DNA from: an uncultured virus (IMG/VR IMGVR_UViG_3300042510_001812)
Taxonomy: Duplodnaviria; Heunggongvirae; Uroviricota; Caudoviricetes
Reading direction: 5' to 3' (one strand)
DNA length: 64,000 nt
IMG/VR virus record: IMGVR_UViG_3300042510_001812
Each line of letters starts with the position of its first letter. Positions within the stretch are counted from its first letter, which is position 1. The notes under the pieces were generated by a model, which did not search any database, had not been told where the DNA came from, and worked only from the letters and a program-made list of their open reading frames with translations. Both the position numbers and the translations under genes were made by a program. Of the stretch, positions 45,708-56,330 are shown piece after piece.

Positions 45708-47537
45708 TTATTTGTCAACTTTCATGAACTCAATCACTTCGAACGGGAATACCTTGCCTCGCTTGATTTTCAATGGCCACTGACGCTGGTCACGCGCCCC
45801 TCTAAAGTGTCGAACGTCGTAAACATATGGTTCGTTAGCTGTTGGGTCTGGTTGAAGAGAAATACCAAACTCCGGCCAGCGTGACCATACGGCAGAACCA
45901 AAAGGGCGCAACTCTCTTGTGTTCAGGGTCGTCCCAAGTGGTGCGTGGTGTTCAAGCCAAAGGGCGCATCCATAAACGGTTCTAATAGTGTCTAGATATT
46001 TGGCGACCTCAACAGCAATCGCTTCCGAGGTCCTGCCGCCTGGGTCAACGAATGCTTTATACAAAGGACCCATGACCAAAATGTCGGGCTTGACTCTCTC
46101 AATCGCTTCCTCAAGAATCAATCTGTCTTCTGGCTTCAAAAGGTCCATTCCAGACGGCTTTGTTAAAACCTCTCCATAAACTCTTGCGACATGTCCACGA
46201 CGCATTGCTTGCGTAAGAATTGCAGAAGAGGCTCTTCTGATAATCCGTTCAGGGTTTTCAAGGTCAACTGTCAACGTGACTACAGGCTTCATCTGCCCAT
46301 ACGTAAAAGGATGAATGCCAGCAGCAGCACAAAGCGCAACTTGGCGCGCGAGCATCGTTTTGCCAACACCTTCGGCAGCAACAACGATTACTCTTTCTCC
46401 ACGTTCAAGAAGACCAGGAATAACCCAATCGTATGATTCATCAACTTGCTCTTCAATGAAATCATTCCATTGAACTAGTCTGCCTGGGTCCGTGATTTGT
46501 TTTGATGTAGTTGCCGAAAGAATCATCGACATTTTTGAAACCATCTGGCCAGGACTTAAATCATCTCTTCCAAATAGGTCTTGAATTTTAATCAGGGCGG
46601 AATCAAATATTGACTCCTTTTTCTCTTCAACTGGTTCATTCTCTTCTTGAATGTCATGCTCAATGTTTTCTACTTGTTCAATTTCATTTTCTTCTGGTGG
46701 TGAAAAGGCAGAAAGACTATCGAATGTTCCGCCAGATGAAAGGTGGTCAGTGATGTCTTTCGTATCTGGACAAATCCACACCTGCGCATCACAGCCAGCA
46801 GCAGTAAGAACTTTTAAAATCCTAGAAGCATGTTCTCTACCAGGAACGTCATTGTCTGCAACAATGTCTATAACCGCACCAGCCAAGGCTTCGGTGTGAA
46901 TATCGAGCCAGTGTCCTGCACCGCCAGGCATGGTGGTGGCTACATATCCAAGAGAGGTAAGTGTGTCGGCGTCTTTTTCCCCCTCAACAACCCAAATTGG
47001 AGTACCCTCCGCTTTCGCGGCAATAACAGCAGGGAGATTGTAGAGAATTTTAGGAACATCAGAAAGAGAGTATGACCACTCACCATTCTCGAGAGGTTTG
47101 CGTTGTCTGAATGTTTTTACACCATCTTGATTTACATATCTAACCTTTTGAAATAAAAGTTCACCAGATTCATTTAGGTAATCATAAGAACAGACAAATT
47201 TTAACTGCTCTTTGGTAATCGGTTTTGGCGATTGTTGCTGAACTGAAGCTTGTTTATCTTTTTTGATAATCGGTTTTTCGTAAATCGTGCTAGTTCCATT
47301 TTGAGGCATTATGTCAGCAATCGTTAGTCCGACTGCAGCACAAATTTCTCCAGCATCACAACCATTACCACGATGGCAGTGGACTAGAACTCTTCCATCA
47401 TTTCCCTCGCTGACTGAAAGAGATGGATTGTTATCGTCGTTTCTACACGGGCAACGAGCCATGAAGTTTCCACCGCTTTGCCTGACACCATCTAGTCTGT
47501 CAAGAAAGCTCTGAACGATTGGGCCTGGGGAAGTCAT
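45708..47537 (-). CDS. DNA primase/helicase (Zn finger, TOPRIM, RecA-like AAA_25)
   Basis: CPC..D..PSLSV; VVEGEKDA; ADND; AAEGVGKT. Confidence 0.9.
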   Translation of the reverse strand: MTSPGPIVQSFLDRLDGVRQSGGNFMARCPCRNDDNNPSLSVSEGNDGRVLVHCHRGNGCDAGEICAAVGLTIADIMPQNGTSTIYEKPIIKKDKQASVQQQSPKPITKEQLKFVCSYDYLNESGELLFQKVRYVNQDGVKTFRQRKPLENGEWSYSLSDVPKILYNLPAVIAAKAEGTPIWVVEGEKDADTLTSLGYVATTMPGGAGHWLDIHTEALAGAVIDIVADNDVPGREHASRILKVLTAAGCDAQVWICPDTKDITDHLSSGGTFDSLSAFSPPEENEIEQVENIEHDIQEENEPVEEKKESIFDSALIKIQDLFGRDDLSPGQMVSKMSMILSATTSKQITDPGRLVQWNDFIEEQVDESYDWVIPGLLERGERVIVVAAEGVGKTMLARQVALCAAAGIHPFTYGQMKPVVTLTVDLENPERIIRRASSAILTQAMRRGHVARVYGEVLTKPSGMDLLKPEDRLILEEAIERVKPDILVMGPLYKAFVDPGGRTSEAIAVEVAKYLDTIRTVYGCALWLEHHAPLGTTLNTRELRPFGSAVWSRWPEFGISLQPDPTANEPYVYDVRHFRGARDQRQWPLKIKRGKVFPFEVIEFMKVDK

Positions 47538-47926
47538 TGCGCTTCTCGCAGAGCCTTCTTTATTGCTGCATCCTTAAGACGATAGTTGCCCTTATACGCA
47601 AATCCATTGGCGTTTCTTCTTCCAATCCCTGGAAGGAAAATTCTTGCTTCGCGTGATAAAAGAATTCCCCTATCGCTTCTCATCATTGCGCGTTCGGCTT
47701 CTGTTTTTCCTCCCCAAATACCGATTGGTTCATGGCGAAGTGAGTACTCAAGACAGTGCTCTCTAGATGCACATGAATCGCAAAGCTCAATCGCTTCCTT
47801 TATATCCGCTCTGAATTTGAGCCACTGTTCTCTTGGTAAACCCTTTTCAATTACTGGGAACCATTTATCGACGTCGTGTCCTTTGCAATTTCCCTCTGCT
47901 GGTGGCGCATCGTGGTTTGGCAACAA
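47534..47926 (-). CDS. whiB: WhiB family transcriptional regulator
   Basis: C...WFP...CDSC....CLEYSL...GIWGGKTEAER. Confidence 0.9.
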   Translation of the reverse strand: MLPNHDAPPAEGNCKGHDVDKWFPVIEKGLPREQWLKFRADIKEAIELCDSCASREHCLEYSLRHEPIGIWGGKTEAERAMMRSDRGILLSREARIFLPGIGRRNANGFAYKGNYRLKDAAIKKALREAQ

Positions 47927-47935
47927 TTCAACTCC

Positions 47936-48358
47936 TTACGTCGGATTAGGTTTGGTTATCCTAGCGACGTCGGATGAAGAAAGAAATACCAGAGCGTGTT
48001 TTACTACAAGATTTCCTGAGATGTCCGTAGCGACAATATCGATTGCTTCTAATGGTATTTTAAACCTTGAAGCAATTGCTGCTTTCATTTTGCTTATATC
48101 AATTTCTTCTTCAACAAATTTAACATTGTCATCAATGTCTGTTGGAATGGCTCCGGCGGTAAGAGCCTTCATTTCGCCATCTTTTTCTACAGCGCGAAGA
48201 CACCATGCACAGGCTAATTTTGGGGTTGATGCAGCACGCGCACGTGTTTCAGTGTGTCCACAGGAAAGCAAGTGTCGGTATTCGACTTTTCCCCAAGCAC
48301 CCTCGCGAGTGATTTGAACCACGTCTTGGCGTGGTGCTTTGCGATGTTCAGTTGTCAC
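47936..48358 (-). CDS. hypothetical protein
   Basis: LSCGH...CAWC. Confidence 0.65.
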   Translation of the reverse strand: MTTEHRKAPRQDVVQITREGAWGKVEYRHLLSCGHTETRARAASTPKLACAWCLRAVEKDGEMKALTAGAIPTDIDDNVKFVEEEIDISKMKAAIASRFKIPLEAIDIVATDISGNLVVKHALVFLSSSDVARITKPNPT

Positions 48359-48385
48359 AACCCACCATTATGGTGGAAGAAGAAG

Positions 48386-48649
48386 TTACTTCGAGAGACG
48401 TCTGAAAAGCTTTCGCAGCCACTTCTTTGCGCCACGAGCATCAACTGATACTTGCGCTGGAATGCTGTCGATTAACTTCTCAATTTTGTCTGCATGCTCT
48501 GCTACTTGCTTCGCTGCAATTTCTTCAATGAAGTCTTCTGCTTTTGCAAAAGTGCTTTTTGGAGCAGCCTTCTTCGCAGGAGCCTTTTTAGCTGGCGCCT
48601 TTTTAGCAGGAGCTTTCTTTGCTGTTGTCTTTTTCTTTGCTGTTGCCAT
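48386..48649 (-). CDS. histone H1-like (AKKAP repeat) protein
   Basis: Tandem AKKAP repeats. Confidence 0.65.
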   Translation of the reverse strand: MATAKKKTTAKKAPAKKAPAKKAPAKKAAPKSTFAKAEDFIEEIAAKQVAEHADKIEKLIDSIPAQVSVDARGAKKWLRKLFRRLSK

Positions 48650-48731
48650 GTCCTTGACTTTATCAAACCATTTGCCCCCGTAGTGGAACCACCTCCCCCG
48701 TTGGTGGCAGGGTTGGACCTAGGCTGTTCGT

Positions 48732-49379
48732 GTGGAAGGCTCTTATGACAACGATTATAGTAAAATTGCTCTTGCTATAACTGCCGCCCAATTAGCAAAA
48801 TCTACGAGCGTAAAAGAATTTGGAATTGGTGAGGATTTATCAATTAATTTCTTTGGCTGGGAAGAGGACAGATTGGCCATCGTCTGCCAGATGAGGCAGG
48901 ACATGATGAAGATTGACCCAGAAGAGCGTTTGGCGCGCTGTACGGAGCTCTGTGCTGTTCTGAGGCGATACTGGGGCGTCTCGTCCATAACAATGGTTGC
49001 TGAGGGCTACTGCTCTGCAAACATGACTGAGACAGAGGGGTTATCCCTATCCGATGCGTTTCTTGATGCCTCAAAACCGGTAAAAGAGTGCATCACTGTA
49101 ACCAACGTAACCTTGGATGAAAAGGCTGTTTCTGACGGTGGTTTTGTGACGACGATTATTGCCGTTCCTTATGCCTACGAGCTAGGAAGGACGCTGAAGT
49201 GGTTTGACACCCTCATTTACACGAATGGAGGGGGAAAGAACTTCAGGAACTCCAAATACCCTCAGTCCATGAGGCGAGCTTTAAAGAATAAGGTTGTAGA
49301 TGACCTGCCAGACGAAGCGTACGAGGAGCTAATAGGTCTTATTAATTCAAATGGATTTCATATACAGGAATTTTATTAA
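48732..49379 (+). CDS. hypothetical protein
   Basis: ORF track. Confidence 0.7.
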   Translation: MEGSYDNDYSKIALAITAAQLAKSTSVKEFGIGEDLSINFFGWEEDRLAIVCQMRQDMMKIDPEERLARCTELCAVLRRYWGVSSITMVAEGYCSANMTETEGLSLSDAFLDASKPVKECITVTNVTLDEKAVSDGGFVTTIIAVPYAYELGRTLKWFDTLIYTNGGGKNFRNSKYPQSMRRALKNKVVDDLPDEAYEELIGLINSNGFHIQEFY

Positions 49380-49395
49380 AGTATAATTATTACAA

Positions 49396-49734
49396 ATGCC
49401 ATTTTACGATAACTCATATGACGACATGTACGGTCGTTCGCGCAATCTGTTCGACAACGTCACAATTCTGCCAGCTGATAGGACTCCGTGCCTTGTTTGC
49501 GGCCACCCAACCGGGGACTGTGCTGGGGATAACTCCTCTCACACGAGAATAGCTGGATTCGGAATGATTGATTCGCTCAAGGCTATTCAAACTTTTTTGG
49601 TTGAAGAAGACATACACGAAGAGAGACAGATAACACCTTCAATAAAAACAAAAGTTCTGTTGCATAAGAAGGGTAAACAGATACCATATGCCGAAGCCGA
49701 GAGGCTTGGGTTAATTAAAAGCTGGACAAACTAA
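49396..49734 (+). CDS. hypothetical protein
   Basis: CLVCGHPTGDC. Confidence 0.65.
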   Translation: MPFYDNSYDDMYGRSRNLFDNVTILPADRTPCLVCGHPTGDCAGDNSSHTRIAGFGMIDSLKAIQTFLVEEDIHEERQITPSIKTKVLLHKKGKQIPYAEAERLGLIKSWTN

Positions 49735-49826
49735 GAGCAAAGTTACTACGACTTTAGACCCTTTCAGTATTCTCGGTTAAGTTAAAATCGATACCTACTC
49801 AAATCACTATCACAACAGGAAAAATC

Positions 49827-51752
49827 ATGACTTCGCTTGACCAATCATTCGTGGATTCGTATTCTCTAAAACAAGCTCCTTGGGGCTTCAACGGTATGGG
49901 GGAAATTGTATTTCTTCGTACATACAGTCGCAAGAAAGAAGATGGGAATAACGAGAGTTGGCCAGAAACATTGCAGCGTGTTATCAATGGCGCAATGGAA
50001 GTCGGAGTCGAGTACACGAAAGAAGAAGCAGAGGCATTGTTTGACCACTGCTTTAATCTTCGCTGTTCGTTTTCGGGTCGCTCCCTTTGGCAACTTGGAA
50101 CTCCGCTTGTTCAGAAGTTCAATGCAACATCGTTGAATAACTGCTACTTCACCAATATCGAAAAGATTGAAGACTTTGAACTCTTGTTTGAATATTTGAT
50201 GCTTGGCGGTGGCGTTGGCTTTTCTGTTGAGCGTTCAAAGATTCACGACCTGCCAAAAGTTAAGTCTGGTGTAACAATTACTCACGAACGTTCCAACGAT
50301 GCAGACATCATTGTTCCTGACTCACGTCAAGGATGGAAGCGTCTTCTTCATGCGGTGTTGAAGTCATATTTCGACACGGGTAAGTCTTTCTCGTACTCAA
50401 CAGTTCTTATTCGCGAATATGGTGCACCGTTGAAGACATTTGGCGGTACCGCATCTGGTCCTGGAGCACTAATTGATGGAATCGCGGATATTGCGAAAGT
50501 AATGCAGAACCGTGAGGGAAAGAAACTCCGTTCGATTGATGTGCTCGATATCTGTAACATCATTGGTCGTATTGTCGTCTCTGGTTCATCACGTCGTTCA
50601 GCACAGATTGCAATGGGCGACCCGGATGACGTTCTTTTCCTTCGTGCAAAAAATTGGGCATCTGGGAATATTCCAGCATGGAGAGCAAACTCAAACAACT
50701 CCATCTATGCCGACCACTACGACGAAATCATGACCGAACTCTGGAAGGGTTACGACGGAACAGGTGAGCCTTACGGCTTGTTGAATCGTCGTCTTGCTCG
50801 CAAGTTCGGAAGACTCGGTGAGGCTAAGGCTGACAACTCAATTGAGGGTTTCAATCCATGCGCCGAAATTGCACTAGCAGACGGAGAGTCGTGCAACTTG
50901 GCGACAATCTTTTTGCCAAACGTGGAGTCCCTGGAGCAATTCAAGGAAATCTCGCGCTTGCTCTACAAGACGCAAAAGCAAATCACTCGCATGGCTTATC
51001 CGTACGAAAAAACAACAAACATTGTGAGCAAGAACGCGCGACTCGGACAGTCAGTAACTGGAATCCTCCAGTGTTCAGAAGAGCAGGTTTCTTGGTTGTC
51101 ACCAGCATACGAGTACTTGCAGGAATTTGATAAGCAGTATTCTGCAGAGCGTGGATGGCCAGCGTCGGTTCGTTTAACAACGGTTCAGCCATCAGGAACG
51201 CTTTCGTTGCTTCCTGGAGTAACTCCTGGAATTCACCCTGCATTTGCTCCGTTCTATGTGAGACGTGTTCGCTTCGGTTCGTCTGACCCACTCGTTGAGG
51301 CATGTCGCAAGCGTGGATACAAGATTCAGTGGGACATTGGAATCGACGGCAGAGAAGACCACACTCGTTACGTTGTGGATTTCCCATGCATGTCGCCAGA
51401 GGGTTCAACGCTTGCTTCAGCAATGACTGCTGTGCAACAACTTGAATGGGTTAAGAAGATGCAAACTGAATGGGCCGATAATGCCGTTTCGGTTACCGTC
51501 TACTACCGAAAAGAAGAGCTCGGAGAAATTCAAGAATGGCTCTCGAAGAACTACGACAAGAGCGTGAAGTCGGTTTCGTTCTTGCTTCACGTAGACCACA
51601 ACTTCTCGTTGCCCCCATACGAAGAAATCACCAAGGAGGAGTACAACAAGATGCTCGCCAAAGTTGATTTCTCCACTCCATTGCAAGATGTAACTTTTAT
51701 GGGTGATTTGGACCTCGACAATTGCGCAACAGGTGCTTGTCCGATAAAGTAA
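49827..51752 (+). CDS. nrdJ: class II (adenosylcobalamin-dependent) ribonucleotide reductase
   Basis: RTYSR, NNC, RRSA, NPCAE, CNL, TVQPSGT, C-terminal CATGACPIK; no beta subunit nearby. Confidence 0.92.
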   Translation: MTSLDQSFVDSYSLKQAPWGFNGMGEIVFLRTYSRKKEDGNNESWPETLQRVINGAMEVGVEYTKEEAEALFDHCFNLRCSFSGRSLWQLGTPLVQKFNATSLNNCYFTNIEKIEDFELLFEYLMLGGGVGFSVERSKIHDLPKVKSGVTITHERSNDADIIVPDSRQGWKRLLHAVLKSYFDTGKSFSYSTVLIREYGAPLKTFGGTASGPGALIDGIADIAKVMQNREGKKLRSIDVLDICNIIGRIVVSGSSRRSAQIAMGDPDDVLFLRAKNWASGNIPAWRANSNNSIYADHYDEIMTELWKGYDGTGEPYGLLNRRLARKFGRLGEAKADNSIEGFNPCAEIALADGESCNLATIFLPNVESLEQFKEISRLLYKTQKQITRMAYPYEKTTNIVSKNARLGQSVTGILQCSEEQVSWLSPAYEYLQEFDKQYSAERGWPASVRLTTVQPSGTLSLLPGVTPGIHPAFAPFYVRRVRFGSSDPLVEACRKRGYKIQWDIGIDGREDHTRYVVDFPCMSPEGSTLASAMTAVQQLEWVKKMQTEWADNAVSVTVYYRKEELGEIQEWLSKNYDKSVKSVSFLLHVDHNFSLPPYEEITKEEYNKMLAKVDFSTPLQDVTFMGDLDLDNCATGACPIK

Positions 51753-51759
51753 TTGGCAT

Positions 51760-51833
51760 GCGTCGGTAGCTCAATCGGATAGAGCAACAGACTTCTAATC
51801 TGTAGGCTGTAGGTTCGATTCCTACCCGACGCG
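51760..51833 (+). tRNA. tRNA-Arg(UCU)
   Basis: Cloverleaf; ACAGA-CTTCTAA-TCTGT. Confidence 0.95.
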
Positions 51834-51857
51834 CACAGTTAGTATTAGTTAGACCAC

Positions 51858-51947
51858 GGAATGGTGGCAGAGAGGCTTATTGCACCTGTCTTGAAAACAG
51901 GAGTCCGTTTGCGCGGACCGGGGGTTCAAATCCCTCCCATTCCTCCA
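51858..51947 (+). tRNA. tRNA-Ser(UGA)
   Basis: Long variable arm; CCTGT-CTTGAAA-ACAGG; encoded CCA. Confidence 0.95.
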
Positions 51948-51948
51948 C

Positions 51949-52024
51949 GCCCTTGAAGCATAATCGGCCATGCACCTCACTTGTAATGAGGAGATAGTGG
52001 GTTCAAATCCCACCAAGGGCTCCA
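51949..52024 (+). tRNA. tRNA-Thr(UGU)
   Basis: CCTCA-CTTGTAA-TGAGG; encoded CCA. Confidence 0.9.
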
Positions 52025-52045
52025 ATGAGGTAGAATTTAGCCCCT

Positions 52046-52846
52046 ATGGGCATAACGATTTACAGGAACCAGCGAATCGGTGAAATACCGTCAACTCCAG
52101 CCACGTCCATTATTGACGACTCTGTTACCCCGGACAGCGTGAAAGTCCTAGAGGAATACGGCTCCATTCTTGGTCATCCTGTTTCGTACGCCCAGGAGCA
52201 AAATGGAAGATTAATCCAAAATCTTGTTCCAGTTCATAAGACTGAATATCAGCAGATATCAACGTCATCGAAAGTTGAGCTGGAGATGCACACGGAGTCA
52301 TCATTCCATCCGTACAGACCTTCATACGTCCTTCTTCTTTGCTTGCGCGGCGATGATGCAGTGGCAACCACCTACGCTGATGATTTCGACATCGTTCCAA
52401 GATTAAGTCAAGAGGCAATTTCTATACTTCAAAAAGAATGGTTTACAACTCAGATTGACCAGAGTTTTAGGTCAGATGGGCAGCCAGATATCGATGTTCG
52501 GACAGCGATACTTGAAGAAACGAATAGGGACGCTAATCCAGGATGGAAAATAACTTATGACTCATGGTTTATGAAAGCCATTGGAGACGGAAGTGATGAA
52601 TCTCGCTCCCAGGCGGAGAGGGCGCTCCAGGAGATGCGCGATGCGGTAAATTCCTCCACAAAAGAAATTATTCTAAAGACTGGTGATTTACTAGTGATAA
52701 ATAATGACTGCACTGTGCATGGCAGAAAGCCGTTTCAACCACGATATGACGGAACAGATAGGTGGGTTCAAAGGATGCTTGTTGTGCGCGAAATGCCACC
52801 ACCGGAGCACGTCAATGGGCACATGATTATCACGGAGTTTAACTAA
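52046..52846 (+). CDS. TauD/clavaminate-synthase-like Fe(II)/2OG dioxygenase (AsnO/VioC-like)
   Basis: HTE metal motif, LLCLR, GDLLVINN...HGR...RWVQR. Confidence 0.85.
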   Translation: MGITIYRNQRIGEIPSTPATSIIDDSVTPDSVKVLEEYGSILGHPVSYAQEQNGRLIQNLVPVHKTEYQQISTSSKVELEMHTESSFHPYRPSYVLLLCLRGDDAVATTYADDFDIVPRLSQEAISILQKEWFTTQIDQSFRSDGQPDIDVRTAILEETNRDANPGWKITYDSWFMKAIGDGSDESRSQAERALQEMRDAVNSSTKEIILKTGDLLVINNDCTVHGRKPFQPRYDGTDRWVQRMLVVREMPPPEHVNGHMIITEFN

Positions 52847-52848
52847 TA

Positions 52849-53145
52849 ATGGATTTTGACGTGATGTTCGAACCAAGATATGACCTTTATCAGGTCGCAA
52901 TTTTTCAGTCCAGATACAGCGGAATATACGAAGGTGGAGATTGGTTCGCGATTGCCAATTTTAAGAGTTTCGAAGAAACAGGAATTTCAGAATACGTATT
53001 CGGCGATGACTGCGATGCTGTGGATTTTTGGATGTCTGAAAAATCAGAAATGATTGGAGTTGGTAGTACTCCAGACGCTGCAGTCAAAAACCTCTACGAA
53101 AGATATACGACTAAGGGTGGACCTACTCAAACATCTTCGGATTAA
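52849..53145 (+). CDS. hypothetical protein
   Basis: RYSGIYEGG.W motif. Confidence 0.65.
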   Translation: MDFDVMFEPRYDLYQVAIFQSRYSGIYEGGDWFAIANFKSFEETGISEYVFGDDCDAVDFWMSEKSEMIGVGSTPDAAVKNLYERYTTKGGPTQTSSD

Positions 53146-53492
53146 TAAAGGTCATTTTGTCCCACATCCTCTTCAACATAGGAATCGAAGCTGCGGAGAC
53201 AAATAGTGCAATAGCAATAGCGGTTATCAATGGGTTGTTTTTCCCAATTTTTAGCTTATTTACATTCATGATTGGTCCCATCTATTTTAGAGATACTATC
53301 CACAGGTTCATCTTATAATAAGATTGCACGCCATAATGTACGTTATGTTCTTCATAGTTTTAATCTTAGCAACAGCAGCAGTTTTATCAGCGCACAGATT
53401 CGTCATGAGCTCAGTGGAGTCCTACGATGGTTATGGGACGGGCACTTTTCGTGAGTGGCAGCAATTCGAGAGGGAAAAGCTCAACTTCTAAG

Positions 53493-54101
53493 CTATTTAA
53501 CGTATATCCCGATACGTTCTAATTCTGTTCCTTCGTCACTGATAAATCTGTAGCCTTCTGGCTTCGGGTCTGGCTCATCTTTCCATGCCGGTATCATCGA
53601 CGTGTTTCCGTGAGAAAAATCTGGATTTTCTCTCAGGTGGATTTCAATGAGTTTCCCGCCTATGAATTCGCAGTTGATTGTTCTGTACTGAAGTGGGATT
53701 AATCCTATGAACTGGGGAAGAGGATGCCACTTATCTGTTTTTTCCCATTTGGTGAATCTTTGATAGGGGCGCTCTGGGTGCTTTGTCCCGACTGTTTTGA
53801 GGATTGGCTGATACCCCTTGTAGTCGATGCTTAGGTGTTCGCCTTCGAAGACCTCACACCAGAACTCGCCTGGATGAAGAAGTTCTGTAGTTTTTTCTTC
53901 TATGTATATTTTTCTTGCCTTTTCGCCCATCCCCTCGATGTTCATTACGGGCTTAACAAAGTACTCACCTGGTTCCGGAACTGGAGTTCCTCGTGGACCA
54001 CACTTGTGTCCAGAAAGCCTAGAAACAATTAGCTTGTCGAATATCCATAGGTGTTTTGGGTCGCAGTTAAGCCAGGCTTTGGCTTCTAGTGATTGTTCCA
54101 C
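53493..54101 (-). CDS. ATP-grasp-like phage protein
   Basis: FVKPVMN..GMG...FWCEVFEGEHLSIDY...INCEFIGGKLIEIHLR. Confidence 0.55.
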   Translation of the reverse strand: MEQSLEAKAWLNCDPKHLWIFDKLIVSRLSGHKCGPRGTPVPEPGEYFVKPVMNIEGMGEKARKIYIEEKTTELLHPGEFWCEVFEGEHLSIDYKGYQPILKTVGTKHPERPYQRFTKWEKTDKWHPLPQFIGLIPLQYRTINCEFIGGKLIEIHLRENPDFSHGNTSMIPAWKDEPDPKPEGYRFISDEGTELERIGIYVK

Positions 54102-54103
54102 AT

Positions 54104-54349
54104 TTACGGCTCAATGAAGATGCACTCACCAGGGCATTCTTCGGCGGCTTCAATGACGTCAGGAAGTCTTTCGTCTGCGAAAGATGCCATTCCCTCTGCT
54201 CCCTCTGGGTTCCCCACAGCGGCCGCATAAATCTTGTCCCCTTCTTTTACATACGCAAGACCGTCTGGCATCATGTGAAAAACATCTGGGGCTATCTCTG
54301 CGCATAGTCCATCTCCAGTACATAAGTCTTGGTCAATCCATACTCTCAT
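54104..54349 (-). CDS. ferredoxin (actinobacterial single-cluster type)
   Basis: VWIDQDLCTGDGLC...APDVF...AAEECPGECI. Confidence 0.9.
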   Translation of the reverse strand: MRVWIDQDLCTGDGLCAEIAPDVFHMMPDGLAYVKEGDKIYAAAVGNPEGAEGMASFADERLPDVIEAAEECPGECIFIEP

Positions 54350-54744
54350 TACTTAAATTCAGTCCAAGTTTTATCGCCAACGCCAAAATACTCTCTAGCG
54401 TAACCAGATTGAATAATATCCCTGTTAAGGCAGGCTGTTGTTGGGTCGTCTATTTTGTCTGAGCTATAAATTCTTGCAAGAACACGTCCGTACTTGTCAT
54501 TCTTGTCTGGAATCGTGTTAACAAAAACCCACTTATGATTTGTTAGCCAATCTTTGGTAAATGACTTAGCCTTTAACCCCAATGCTTTTTCTGCAAGGTC
54601 TTTCGTTCTTGATTCAGGAGTATTGACTCCATACAAGCGAACACGAATCTTGTGATGCACACTAAACCCCAAGTCGACCATCAGGTCCACGGTGTCGCCG
54701 TCTACAACATTAAGGACCGTAGCACCATACCAAAATCGCTCCAT
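54349..54744 (-). CDS. thermonuclease (SNase-like)
   Basis: VVDGDTVD...RVRLYGVNTPE...DKYGRVLA. Confidence 0.9.
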   Translation of the reverse strand: MERFWYGATVLNVVDGDTVDLMVDLGFSVHHKIRVRLYGVNTPESRTKDLAEKALGLKAKSFTKDWLTNHKWVFVNTIPDKNDKYGRVLARIYSSDKIDDPTTACLNRDIIQSGYAREYFGVGDKTWTEFK

Positions 54745-56279
54745 CAGAAGTCTCTTATATTGCGATTTTTGCCTGAAGTCCGTTTTGGTGCTGGTGGTCC
54801 AGCTTGCGGCAACGGCTTAAATATAGCGTCTGCTGCTTGACCTTTACGCGGTAGTTCGATTGGTTTCACTCTTGGTCCGCCACCAGGGCTTTGTGGTCCC
54901 TTGTCAATACTGTCTGGGCGTCTACGGTCTTCTGCGCTCGTGGGGCGACGTGAATCAGTTTGACCTCTTCTTGTCGCTGCATCTGTTGCGCCAACGCCAC
55001 GATTTGCTCTTGACCTATCGGCTGAATCAGGTCTCCTGTTGGGTGCTGAACGGTCTGTTCTGTCAGCGCCTCGTCTATCGTCAGCACTTGTTGGTCTACG
55101 TGAATCAGTTTGTCCACGACGAGTTGCGGCATCTGATGCCTGTGGGGTTCCACGATTTGCTTGAACACGCTCTGCCGAGTCGATACGACGAGCTGGTGGA
55201 GAATTATCAACTCTGTCTGCTGGCTTTCTGTCTGCAGCAGATGAGCGCTGTGCCTGACCGGTAAGTCTGTCGCTTTGCGCTTGGTTTCTTCTATCTCTCG
55301 CTGCATCAGTATTTGCTCTGCCGATTTGAGCTTGTGCCTCAGCTCCGGAACGAACAGTTTGCTTATCGAAAGCAGCGCGTGCTCGAGCTCTAGCATCTCT
55401 TTCTTTCTTTGAACGGTTTGCTACATCCCTGTTTGGCTTGATGCCCTGAGAGGCCAGTTGTCCACGTACGAACTTTCTACGACGCTTCTCGTAATCAGAA
55501 TTGCTTTGTCGCTTGTACGGAACTCGCTGTTCATCTGGCGTACCATCAAAAATCATTCCGTCGCCGTCACTGTCAACTGCGTCTAGCGAACCTTGTGCTG
55601 TTGCGCCAATTGTCCCACCGCGCTGCTGACCGATGGTCTGTCCTTGAAGTTGCTTTTCTTCTACTGATTCAGAACCATCTTTTTTCTTTGTATTCTGGTA
55701 TCTCTCAAGAAGTCTCTTGCCCTTAGCGGCAAGCTTCGCTGCATCTTCTGCATTCTTTGGAACTCTTTCGCCCCACGCCGCAGCAGAAAGCGCTAAACGT
55801 GTTGCTCTACCTTTTTCATCAACCATTGGGCCTGATGGATTCGTAAAAAATCTTGTAAGAAATGAACCTTTGCGACGCATCTTTTCCGGGGTGTCAGCAG
55901 CGCCCTTTACTCCTGGCTTTAGGTTTGAGCCTTCTGTTCTGTTGAAGTGCGCTCTTCCAGCTGCTGTCAAACCACCCTTTGGGTCTTTTAGTTTTTGCTT
56001 TGCTGATTTCTCATCTACCGGAACGCAGTTTGGAACCATCTTTCCGGCCTTGCTTCTCTTCATCCCGATTTGCTTATAACCGTCCCAGCACGGACTGTCT
56101 GATGCTTTTGTTTCGTTGTCCTCGAAAGAGTCAAAATCATCCGAGTAATTATCAAACACTTTTGACGAGAAGTACTCGTCATATATAGGCATTAATTCTT
56201 CGTCATCTACTTCTGATACCACTTCAACCTTGAGATTGAGCAATTCTTCGAAAAGTTGGTCGTCATCTATTTCGTTCAT
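54744..56279 (-). CDS. multi-module head-region protein (DUF6321-like segment, Arg-rich repeats)
   Basis: CWDGYKQ..VPNCVP; DPKGGLTAAGR...RKGSF; DAATRRGQTDSRRPTSA occurs twice. Confidence 0.7.
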   Translation of the reverse strand: MNEIDDDQLFEELLNLKVEVVSEVDDEELMPIYDEYFSSKVFDNYSDDFDSFEDNETKASDSPCWDGYKQIGMKRSKAGKMVPNCVPVDEKSAKQKLKDPKGGLTAAGRAHFNRTEGSNLKPGVKGAADTPEKMRRKGSFLTRFFTNPSGPMVDEKGRATRLALSAAAWGERVPKNAEDAAKLAAKGKRLLERYQNTKKKDGSESVEEKQLQGQTIGQQRGGTIGATAQGSLDAVDSDGDGMIFDGTPDEQRVPYKRQSNSDYEKRRRKFVRGQLASQGIKPNRDVANRSKKERDARARARAAFDKQTVRSGAEAQAQIGRANTDAARDRRNQAQSDRLTGQAQRSSAADRKPADRVDNSPPARRIDSAERVQANRGTPQASDAATRRGQTDSRRPTSADDRRGADRTDRSAPNRRPDSADRSRANRGVGATDAATRRGQTDSRRPTSAEDRRRPDSIDKGPQSPGGGPRVKPIELPRKGQAADAIFKPLPQAGPPAPKRTSGKNRNIRDF

Positions 56280-56330
56280 TTCACAATTCTCCCATATTTT
56301 TATTGGTTTGAAGGACAATAAATGATAACA